From Edaphobacter aggregans (GTDB lineage: Bacteria; Acidobacteriota; Terriglobia; Terriglobales; Acidobacteriaceae), in the NCBI RefSeq assembly GCF_003945235.1, contig NZ_RSDW01000001.1, positions 2,880,001 through 2,912,000 of the forward strand: DNA of 32,000 bases, in the 5' to 3' direction. How positions within the stretch are numbered: position 1 is the stretch's first letter; every line of letters begins with the position of its first letter. The notes under the pieces are model-generated. The model saw nothing but the letters and a program-made list of their open reading frames with translations, was not told where the DNA came from and did no database searches. This document shows positions 8,531 to 15,691 of the stretch, piece by piece. Position numbers and translations under genes: made by a program.

Positions 8531-9967
8531 ATGGAGCAGCGGAACTGGCAAGACGGACCGACGAACGGTGATTCGAAGCCTTTGAAGGATGCGGCTCCGA
8601 CTCTTTCTTCTGTGTGTATTCCGGTGATCTTTGGCGTGGCTGTGACCGTCGCGCTGGTCAGTATGTTCTGTCCGGCGCTTCGACCGCAATCACTCTCGTG
8701 GATCTCATTGGCTGCGCTGGCGGCGTTTCTTCTGCTAGTGGCGAGTTTCCTGAGTGGATTAATTGCACAAATGATTTGTGGGCTGTTTCGGAACTACCTT
8801 CCGAACGTATCGTCGTCGGTTGTGCTGGCTACGTGCATTGGAGGATTGTGGGTTCCGGCGTGGGTGCTGTGTCTGCGAGGGCCGTCGATCCTGACTGTAT
8901 TAGCTGGCTGCTTCTGCATCGTGAGCGTGGGTCGATCACTGAAGCAATATGATCGTGAGACTGCAGTGGCTGCGATGAAACGACCCCCCGCAGTGCCGTT
9001 TCATCTCGATGATTCGAAGGCATTGATTCGAGTGATCTTGCCTTCGCTCGCCGTCGCGGTAATTGCTGAGGCGGCCATTGTTGCTGTGTTTTTGAAGCGG
9101 TACGAGATTGCGTCTGTCCTGGCAGGGAGTGGTGTTGCGGCGCTGGTGTGGAGGTTTGGGTCGAAGGCTACTCCGAGAGGCGAAGAGAGTGACCGACTAG
9201 GGAGTTCGCGGACGATGCTCTCGCTGAGCCTGGCTTTTGCTTTTACGGTGGTCGTGATGATGCCGTATTTGCGGAGTTTTCGTTGGGCTGTGGTGGGTGA
9301 GTCTCTTGTAGGGCGGGGTGTGACTGCTGGGCGAACTGCAGAACGAAGCCGGGAGCCAACAGCGACGAGCAATGACGGGTATTCGGGAATCATTTTGTTG
9401 CCTTTGACTGAGCCGCGCAAGAAGATCGTCGCTCCGCGCAGTAAAGATGCTCCCAGTACGAGTTTTCGGCGACGGGAGCCGATGGTGATTCCTTTCGATG
9501 GGGTGTATTGGTACTTCAAGGCTCCGGATAAGAGGCCGCGAGCAACGGCCCGGATCGTTCGCGGCAGTTCGACTAAGGCTATTATTCGATCGTCCGACCG
9601 TTATCCGCTGTTGATGGAGGCTCACCAGAAGCTGGGCGCTCCGATTGACTTTAATTGCTGCAGTAGCGTTGAGATCGTGGTGCAGAACGCAGATCATCGC
9701 CCGGGCGCAATTGCGCTGGAATTGTGGCTGGTGGATAGCGCATCGCCCAGAGTGATCGGTCGTTATATCGGTACGGTGACGATTCCTTCGAGTGAAGGCG
9801 AAGGCGTTTCAAGCGAGGAGCAAGGTGAAGAGAAGCTTGAGTTTTCTGTGCCGGAAGGCGGAGGAGGAGGTGAGTTCAACGAGATCACTGTAGTGGTTAG
9901 ACCCGCTGCGGAAAGAGCGCGAGCAGGGGCACAGATCGCTATCCGGCAGTTCGTGCTGCAGCCTTAG
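8531..9967 (+). CDS. Hypothetical polytopic inner-membrane protein with a C-terminal soluble domain (no family recognised)
   Basis: About 6-7 hydrophobic helices lie in residues 25-260 (e.g. VCIPVIFGVAVTVALVSMF, WISLAALAAFLLLVASFLSGLI). An Arg-rich linker follows, then a beta-rich C-terminal region (PFDGVYWYFKAP...VEIVVQNADHRPGAIALELWLVDS). Third-position codon bias resembles the neighbouring genes. Confidence 0.6.
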   Translation: MEQRNWQDGPTNGDSKPLKDAAPTLSSVCIPVIFGVAVTVALVSMFCPALRPQSLSWISLAALAAFLLLVASFLSGLIAQMICGLFRNYLPNVSSSVVLATCIGGLWVPAWVLCLRGPSILTVLAGCFCIVSVGRSLKQYDRETAVAAMKRPPAVPFHLDDSKALIRVILPSLAVAVIAEAAIVAVFLKRYEIASVLAGSGVAALVWRFGSKATPRGEESDRLGSSRTMLSLSLAFAFTVVVMMPYLRSFRWAVVGESLVGRGVTAGRTAERSREPTATSNDGYSGIILLPLTEPRKKIVAPRSKDAPSTSFRRREPMVIPFDGVYWYFKAPDKRPRATARIVRGSSTKAIIRSSDRYPLLMEAHQKLGAPIDFNCCSSVEIVVQNADHRPGAIALELWLVDSASPRVIGRYIGTVTIPSSEGEGVSSEEQGEEKLEFSVPEGGGGGEFNEITVVVRPAAERARAGAQIAIRQFVLQP

Positions 9968-10784
9968 TGTTCTGAGTGGGTATGGTGTCGAGGAAGTTGT
10001 GGAGAACGGCGTTGAAGCGGTCGGTGGCTTCAAGGTTGGGGAGGTGGCCTATGCCTTCAAATATTTCGAGGCGGGAGTGGGGGATGGATTGCTGCATGAC
10101 TTTTGCGGTGTCGACGTTGGTGTAGGCGTCTTCGGTTCCGACGACGATGAGGGTGGGGACGGCGATTTTGGGCAGGGTGGGGGTGTAGTCCTTGCGCTGG
10201 GCACGTCCGCGGAGGGCGGCGGCGGCGCCGGCGGGTGAGGTGCGGGCGATCATGCTGAGGACTTTGAGGGCGATGTCTGGATGGTCTTTGATGGTAGCGG
10301 GGGCGAGAAGTTTGGGGAGCATCTCGATGCCGGGCGGGATGGAGCCTTGGGTGAGGAAGCGGTCGGCGGTGGCGCGGCGAGTGGCTGCGGCTTCGGGGGT
10401 GTCGGCCTGGGGGAAGGTGGCGGCTAAGATGAGGCCGGAGAGGCGTTGAGGGTATTGGTCGGCGAAGGCCATGGCGATCTGGCCGCCCATGGAGAGGCCG
10501 GTTATGACAGCAGTGGGGATCTTAAGGTGGTCGAGAAGATCGGCGATGTCGTCGGCCAAGGTTTCGAGGGTGGTGGCTTCGGCGGCGGGGACCTGGGATA
10601 GTCCGTAGCCCCGGATGTCGTAGGTGATGACGCGGTGCTTCCATCTGAGAGCGTCGACTTGGGCGTCCCACATGGATTGATTGAAGGGATGGCCGTGGAT
10701 AAAGAGGATGGGCATGCCGGCGCTCGTGTCGCGGTAGGCGAGGGAGGTGCCGTTGACGGAGGCGAATTGTGGGGTGAAGGGCAT
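9939..10784 (-). CDS. Alpha/beta-fold hydrolase
   Basis: HG oxyanion motif (LFIHGHPFN), nucleophile elbow GLSMGG, and a C-terminal GIGHLPN histidine motif. The ORF extends to 10892, but ATG 10784 with an AAGGGA Shine-Dalgarno gives the usual N-terminus (MPFTPQFASVNGTSLAY). Confidence 0.85.
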   Translation of the reverse strand: MPFTPQFASVNGTSLAYRDTSAGMPILFIHGHPFNQSMWDAQVDALRWKHRVITYDIRGYGLSQVPAAEATTLETLADDIADLLDHLKIPTAVITGLSMGGQIAMAFADQYPQRLSGLILAATFPQADTPEAAATRRATADRFLTQGSIPPGIEMLPKLLAPATIKDHPDIALKVLSMIARTSPAGAAAALRGRAQRKDYTPTLPKIAVPTLIVVGTEDAYTNVDTAKVMQQSIPHSRLEIFEGIGHLPNLEATDRFNAVLHNFLDTIPTQNTKAAARTAG

Positions 10785-10875
10785 GTTGGTTCCCTTGACT
10801 TTAGAGTAGGATGCGGGGACTTTGCAGACAGCGGCTCCGCGCCTACACTGAACTGCGCGCCGAAATCTCTTTGAC

Positions 10876-10899
10876 TCACTGAAACTTAACATTCAGTGA
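10876..10899. promoter_or_regulatory. Perfect 8-bp inverted repeat TCACTGAA-n8-TTCAGTGA in the hydrolase/STAS divergent region (candidate operator)
   Basis: Read directly. It is immediately preceded by TTGACT (10871-10876) and lies 52 nt upstream of the STAS gene ATG. Confidence 0.3.
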
Positions 10900-10950
10900 A
10901 TGGGCCTGACAGTAAGATTCATGCGAACTAGTTGAACCCATGGAGGGTTT

Positions 10951-11286
10951 ATGTCAACTGAATCAGCGCCGCTCTTTACCTATGAAGTCGCAGAAGCGGG
11001 GAACGCGGAGACGGGCTATATCACGACGATTGCTTGCCACGGCAGGGTGGTCACTCAGACCGCAGGCGAGCTCAAGGATCTGGTCAAGCCGCTAATCTCT
11101 CGAGGTGGCCGCATCGTGCTCGACTTTAGCGACGTGGCCGGTGTGGATAGCCAGGGGCTGGGCACTTTGGTCGGGCTGAAAATATCGGCTCTTGGAGCAG
11201 GTTATTGCACGTTCGAGTGCACCAACTTGTCGCCCCGTGTGCAGGAGCTTTTGCGCATTACCAAGCTGACTCATTTGTTCTCCTAA
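10951..11286 (+). CDS. STAS-domain protein (anti-sigma-factor antagonist, SpoIIAA/RsbV-like)
   Basis: 111 aa. RIVLDFSDVAGVDSQGLGTLVGL...LSPRVQELLRITKL is the typical STAS core with the conserved D-S-x-G phosphorylatable-serine context. GGAGGG Shine-Dalgarno upstream. Confidence 0.8.
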   Translation: MSTESAPLFTYEVAEAGNAETGYITTIACHGRVVTQTAGELKDLVKPLISRGGRIVLDFSDVAGVDSQGLGTLVGLKISALGAGYCTFECTNLSPRVQELLRITKLTHLFS

Positions 11287-11390
11287 GGCGAGGGCCGAAG
11301 GAACTGCTCGTATGCGGGAGACGAAACGGAACGCGAAAACTGCAAACCAGGTTGCAGTGACAGCCTGAGCCATGTATCTTGAAAGGCAAG

Positions 11391-11462
11391 ATGATTATTT
11401 CCTTCAGCCGAATTAGCTTTATTTACCGCTACTGGCGTCCAGTGGCGGCATCGGCGGAGTAG
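11391..11462 (+). other. Candidate 23-codon leader ORF (MIISFSRISFIYRYWRPVAASAE) containing one Trp codon, upstream of trpB
   Basis: ATG at 11391 is preceded by AAAGG. The single TGG (11433-11435) forms the top of the 5' arm of a 10-bp hairpin, CCGCTACTGG(11426-11435)/CCAGTGGCGG(11439-11448). Speculative. Confidence 0.25.
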
Positions 11463-11513
11463 GTTCATCTGAGAGATAGCTGAAAGTTTCAGTTGAGATC
11501 GACATCCACACGA

Positions 11514-11546
11514 GCCGCGACCCGCTAAGGTTGCGGTTTTTTATTT
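11514..11546 (+). terminator. Intrinsic terminator-like hairpin and U-tract 35 nt upstream of the trpB start (attenuator, or 3' end of an upstream transcript)
   Basis: CCGCGACC(11515-11522)-cgctaa-GGTTGCGG(11529-11536) forms an 8-bp stem with one G-U pair, followed by TTTTTTATTT (11537-11546). Confidence 0.6.
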
Positions 11547-11576
11547 GTGCTTTTGTTTGAGCAGTGAGGAGAGCTT

Positions 11577-12827
11577 ATGGGAACGACAGCGGCGATGGTG
11601 AGTCCGGCGGGGCCGGTGAAGTCGGCGGTGGGACGGTTTGGCGTTTATGGCGGGCGGTATGTTCCCGAGACGCTGATGGCGGCGCTCGAGGAATTGGAAG
11701 CCGCATATGCGGAGGCGCAGGGGGATGAGGCGTTTAAGGCGGAGCTGGATGATCTGCTGAGGAACTATTGCGGTCGGCCTACTCCGCTGTACTTTGCGAA
11801 ACGGCTTACGGAGCTATGCGGCGGGGCAAAGATCTATCTCAAGCGCGAGGACCTGCTGCATACGGGCGCGCACAAGATCAATAATGCTCTGGGGCAGGGG
11901 CTGCTGGCTCGGCGGATGGGGAAGAAGAGGATTATTGCAGAGACAGGCGCGGGGCAGCATGGCGTGGCGACGGCAACCGTGTGCGCGCTGTTCGGGATGG
12001 AGTGCGTGATCTACATGGGCGAGGAGGACATGCGGCGGCAGGAGCTGAATGTCTACCGGATGCGGCTGCTGGGCGCGGAGGTGCGTGGCGTGAGTGCGGG
12101 GTCGGCTACGCTGAAGGACGCGATCTCGGAGGCGATGCGGGATTGGGTTACGAATGTTCGGACGACTTACTACATTCTGGGGAGTGCGCTGGGGGCGCAT
12201 CCTTACCCAACGATGGTGCGGGATTTTCATCGCGTGATCAGCAAAGAGGCGAAGCGTCAGGTGATGGAGCAGGAAGGTAAGCTTCCGGCGGCGATTGTCG
12301 CTTGTGTGGGTGGTGGGTCGAATGCGATTGGGGCTTTCTATGAGTTTCTTGGCGATGCGAATGTGCAGTTGATTGGCGTGGAGGCTGGCGGTCGCGGGAC
12401 GGCGCTGGGCGAACATGCAGCGCGGTTCCAGAAAGTGGGTGGCGGTGTTCCGGGAGTGTTGCAGGGAACGTATAGCTACGTGCTGCAGGATGACGCGGGG
12501 CAGATTGCGGCGACGCACTCGGTGAGTGCGGGGCTGGACTATGCCAGCGTGGGGCCGGAGCATGCGATGCTGCATGACTCGGGGCGTGCGACTTATGTCT
12601 CGTGCACGGATGATGCGGCGCTGAAGGCTACGGTGACGCTGGCGCGGACGGAGGGGATTCTGCCCGCGCTCGAGAGCGCTCATGCGATTGCTGAGGCGAT
12701 TCGGATTGCTCCAATGATGGCAAAGACAGATGTGTTGATGGTGAATCTGTCGGGGCGCGGGGATAAGGATATGGGGATTTTGGCAAGGGAACTGGATCTA
12801 AGGGGTGCGGGAGAGATTAAGGCGTGA
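11577..12827 (+). CDS. trpB: Tryptophan synthase beta chain
   Basis: Full-length match to TrpB, including the PLP-lysine motif HTGAHKINN and the GGGSNAIG phosphate-binding loop. GAGGAGAG Shine-Dalgarno upstream. Confidence 0.97.
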   Translation: MGTTAAMVSPAGPVKSAVGRFGVYGGRYVPETLMAALEELEAAYAEAQGDEAFKAELDDLLRNYCGRPTPLYFAKRLTELCGGAKIYLKREDLLHTGAHKINNALGQGLLARRMGKKRIIAETGAGQHGVATATVCALFGMECVIYMGEEDMRRQELNVYRMRLLGAEVRGVSAGSATLKDAISEAMRDWVTNVRTTYYILGSALGAHPYPTMVRDFHRVISKEAKRQVMEQEGKLPAAIVACVGGGSNAIGAFYEFLGDANVQLIGVEAGGRGTALGEHAARFQKVGGGVPGVLQGTYSYVLQDDAGQIAATHSVSAGLDYASVGPEHAMLHDSGRATYVSCTDDAALKATVTLARTEGILPALESAHAIAEAIRIAPMMAKTDVLMVNLSGRGDKDMGILARELDLRGAGEIKA

Positions 12828-13414
12828 AAGGTGCACTTACAACTCTCTTTGTCGTGGTTTGCTCCACGGTGGCCATCGCACATGCTGAGCGTCCATTTGA
12901 GGATGGAATCAAGCCGACTCAACTGGCGCAGATTGCTCAGATGTTGCCGGGAGCTCCCATATACAGTATCCGTTTATTTCGGGAGAAGAATAACGGACGT
13001 ATTTCGGCTACAGTTTTGACGGCAAGTAAAAAGACTGGATGGCAGATTGTTCTGATCAGTCCGCAGGGACTCGATAGATATCGCAAGAGCTGGGTGTCTG
13101 CGAAATTGCCAGAGAGTTTTGCCGTGTCATCGCCCGAAGCGCTTAGGACTTACGGTCTGACCGATCAGGAAGGGATCGTTTTCGCGGGCTGTGCGCCACA
13201 TATGTGTCCGGATATTTTCTCGGCTATGCTGTATGTCCCCACGCAGCATCGTGCTTTTAGCGGGACATGCGACAACGGAGAAACTACTTACTCCTTTATG
13301 CCCACAGCGGCCTTGCAAGGCTACAAAACTGCGTTGGATGACATTCTGCAAGAAATTGACAGACATGGAACTCAGCATGCTTGCTCGTCAGGGACAAGAG
13401 AGAAGGAAAAATAA
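12824..13414 (+). CDS. Secreted hypothetical protein with an Ivy-like (inhibitor of vertebrate lysozyme family) C-x-P-H-x-C loop; tentative
   Basis: GTG start overlaps the trpB stop (GTGA). Sec signal [29 protein letters not shown](22 aa)[19 protein letters not shown] parallels E. coli Ivy HKLPAWV(23 aa)VMSACKPHDCGSQRIAVMW, which I recalled from memory. The gene is visibly more AT-rich than its neighbours. Confidence 0.6.
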   Translation: MKGALTTLFVVVCSTVAIAHAERPFEDGIKPTQLAQIAQMLPGAPIYSIRLFREKNNGRISATVLTASKKTGWQIVLISPQGLDRYRKSWVSAKLPESFAVSSPEALRTYGLTDQEGIVFAGCAPHMCPDIFSAMLYVPTQHRAFSGTCDNGETTYSFMPTAALQGYKTALDDILQEIDRHGTQHACSSGTREKEK

Positions 13415-13422
13415 GAGAACAG

Positions 13423-14184
13423 ATGGCGATCAAATTCAAAAAGAAGCCTGGGATTGTTGCTTACCTAACTGCGGGTGATCCTAATCTTGCGACGACGCGG
13501 GATATTGCGCTGGCTGCAATCGACAACGGAGCGGATGTGATTGAGCTGGGCGTGCCGTTCAGTGATCCGCTGGCGGATGGGCCGGTGATTCAGCGGGCTA
13601 GTGAGCGTGCTGTGGCTAAGGGGACTCGGCTGACGGATGTGCTGGGGTTGGCGAAGGAGCTGCGCGCTGCGCGGCCTTCGGCGGGGCTGGTGTTGTTCTC
13701 GTACCTGAACCCTGTAGTGCGGATGGGCATGAAGACGTTCTGTGCGAAGGCCGCAGAGGTTGGCGCGGATGGCGTGCTGCTGACGGACATGATTGTGGAA
13801 GAGGCTTGCGAGTATCTGGAAGCGATGAAGGAGCACTTGCTGGCTCCGGTGTTTCTGGCTGCGCCAACCAGTCCTGATGCGAGGTTGAAGGCGATTGCGG
13901 GAGCTTCGCAGGGATTTGTTTACGCGATCTCGCGTGTGGGGATTACGGGCACGCAGCAGAAGGTTGCGGGTGACGCCGCTGAACTGGTGGCGAGGCTGCG
14001 GCAGTTTACTGAGCTGCCCATTGCGGTTGGATTCGGCATCTCGAACGCAGAGCACGTGAAGGCTGTCGGTGAGTTTGCCGATGCCGCGATTATTGGCAGC
14101 GCTTTGGTGGCGCTGATTGAGAAGAGTACGCCGGAGGAGTCTCCTGCGGCAGTGGGGCGGTTCATTGCGGGGTTGCGATCATGA
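13423..14184 (+). CDS. trpA: Tryptophan synthase alpha chain
   Basis: AYLTAGDP...IELGVPFSDPLADGPVIQ...GFVYAISRVGITG...VGFGIS are canonical TrpA motifs. The ORF opens at TTG 13381, but ATG 13423 gives the normal N-terminus. Confidence 0.95.
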   Translation: MAIKFKKKPGIVAYLTAGDPNLATTRDIALAAIDNGADVIELGVPFSDPLADGPVIQRASERAVAKGTRLTDVLGLAKELRAARPSAGLVLFSYLNPVVRMGMKTFCAKAAEVGADGVLLTDMIVEEACEYLEAMKEHLLAPVFLAAPTSPDARLKAIAGASQGFVYAISRVGITGTQQKVAGDAAELVARLRQFTELPIAVGFGISNAEHVKAVGEFADAAIIGSALVALIEKSTPEESPAAVGRFIAGLRS

Positions 14185-14317
14185 GTGCGCGAAGGGCAGC
14201 GATTGGGATGAAGCCGTGCGCCGACGTTTATCATGGGGCGTACCAAACTATTTCGCAGCGAGCGATGCCGAATGGGCAAGACCTGGGTGAGCGCCGTTGC
14301 ATCTCGAGGGTTAGTGC

Positions 14318-14581
14318 ATGGATATCTCCGATTGGCGACAGAAGATTGATGAACTGGATGAGCAGATCGTTCGACTCATCAGCCAGCGCGCAGGGGCTGC
14401 GCAGGCGATCGGCGAGCTTAAGCGAACATCCGATCTTCCGGTCTATGAGCCAAAGCGGGAGCAGGCCGTCTTCGACCACGTTCGCGCGGTCAATCCAGGG
14501 CCATTGGACGACGCAGAGCTGCTGCATGTGTACGAGCGGATTATCGACGTGATGCGGACTTTGCAGAAGCGGAAAGAGTAG
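14318..14581 (+). CDS. Chorismate mutase, AroQ class (stand-alone, 87 aa)
   Basis: WRQKIDELDEQIVRLISQRAGAAQAIGELK...PVYEPKREQAVFDHV matches the three-helix AroQ (CM type 2) pattern. GAGGG Shine-Dalgarno upstream. Confidence 0.9.
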   Translation: MDISDWRQKIDELDEQIVRLISQRAGAAQAIGELKRTSDLPVYEPKREQAVFDHVRAVNPGPLDDAELLHVYERIIDVMRTLQKRKE

Positions 14582-14670
14582 TTGTGTTTCGACGAGATTC
14601 AGATTTTGCGATTTCTAAAATTGATATGTGACTAGTTTGGTTGCATATGCGAGAGAGTGAAGCCAAGACA

Positions 14671-15690
14671 ATGATCGTAGCGATGCAGGACCATGCAACC
14701 GAGGAAAACATACAACTGGTAATCGAGCGAATGGTCGAGCTCGGATTCAATGTTCACCGCACGACCGGAGCCGTACAGACGATTCTGGCCGGCGTAGGCA
14801 CGCCCGATCACTTTGATGTTGCGGAGTTCAAGGTGCTGGCCGGTGTGCATGATGCTTACCGGATCTCATCGCCATACAAACTGGCGGGCAGGAGCTTCCG
14901 GCCTGAAGGAACGAAGATCAAGTTCCCGAACGGCGTCGTGGTTGGTGGCGAAGAGGTTGTGGTGATGGCGGGCCCGTGCTCGGTGGAGTCGCACGAGCAG
15001 ATTCTGTTGAGCGCGAAACAGGTTGCAGCAGCGGGCGGAAAATTTCTGCGTGGCGGAGCGTACAAGCCGCGGAGTTCGCCGTACAGCTTCCAGGGCATGG
15101 GGCTCGAAGGGTTGAAGCTGCTGCGCGATGTGAGCAACGAAACCGGTCTGCTCGTGATTACAGAGGTGATGGAGATCTCGCAGATCGAAGTCATGTTGCC
15201 GTATATCGATTGCTTCCAGGTGGGCGCACGGAATATGCAGAACTTCAACTTGCTGCGCGAACTGGGACATGTGCGCAAGCCGGTTCTGCTGAAACGCGGG
15301 ATTGCGGCGACTATTGAAGAGGTTCTTCTAAGCGCGGAGTACATTTTGTCGGGCGGTAACTACGATCTAATGCTGTGCGAGCGTGGCATCCGAACCTACG
15401 AGACGTACACGCGCAACACAATGGATATCTCGGCTATTCCAGTGCTGAAGAAACTGACACATTTGCCGGTGATGGGCGATCCATCGCATGGGGTGGGGAT
15501 TCGCGACCTGGTGCCGCCGATGGCTCTTGCGAGCGTTGCCGCCGGGGCTGATGGGTTGCTGATGGAGATGCATCCGAATCCGGATAAGGCGATGAGCGAT
15601 GGTGCGCAGAGCATGTATCCGGAGCAGTTGGAGAAGCTCGTAGCGCAACTGAGGTTGATCGCTCCTATCGTTGGACGGAAGATGGCGTAG
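14671..15690 (+). CDS. aroF: 3-deoxy-7-phosphoheptulonate (DAHP) synthase, class I-beta, with N-terminal ferredoxin-like regulatory domain
   Basis: Collinear with Thermotoga maritima-type DAHPS: MIVAMQDHATEENIQLVIERM (FL domain), GPCSVES, LRGGAYKPRSSPYSFQG, QVGARNMQNF, KRG, CERGIRT, DPSH. The start at ATG 14671 is chosen by homology; the ORF opens at 14641. Confidence 0.93.
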   Translation: MIVAMQDHATEENIQLVIERMVELGFNVHRTTGAVQTILAGVGTPDHFDVAEFKVLAGVHDAYRISSPYKLAGRSFRPEGTKIKFPNGVVVGGEEVVVMAGPCSVESHEQILLSAKQVAAAGGKFLRGGAYKPRSSPYSFQGMGLEGLKLLRDVSNETGLLVITEVMEISQIEVMLPYIDCFQVGARNMQNFNLLRELGHVRKPVLLKRGIAATIEEVLLSAEYILSGGNYDLMLCERGIRTYETYTRNTMDISAIPVLKKLTHLPVMGDPSHGVGIRDLVPPMALASVAAGADGLLMEMHPNPDKAMSDGAQSMYPEQLEKLVAQLRLIAPIVGRKMA

Positions 15691-15691
15691 C

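Noticed and set aside
11283-11468. A 61-aa minus-strand ORF (plus 11092..11373) occupying the STAS-trpB spacer.
   Set aside because: It has no ribosome-binding site and no recognisable motif. It runs opposite to both flanking genes, and the region is better explained by plus-strand hairpins and a plus-strand terminator. It cannot be fully excluded without expression data.
11814-12683. A 289-aa minus-strand ORF.
   Set aside because: It is fully antisense to trpB, whose identity is certain. The product is extremely Arg/His/Pro-rich, which is typical of a shadow ORF.
14181-14552. A 123-aa plus-strand ORF whose ATG overlaps the trpA stop (ATGA), suggesting a coupled downstream gene.
   Set aside because: It overlaps most of the chorismate mutase gene in another frame. 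Its product (Ser/Arg-rich, SASAQGLRRRSASLSEH) has no motif, whereas the chorismate mutase frame has a clear AroQ signature and its own Shine-Dalgarno.
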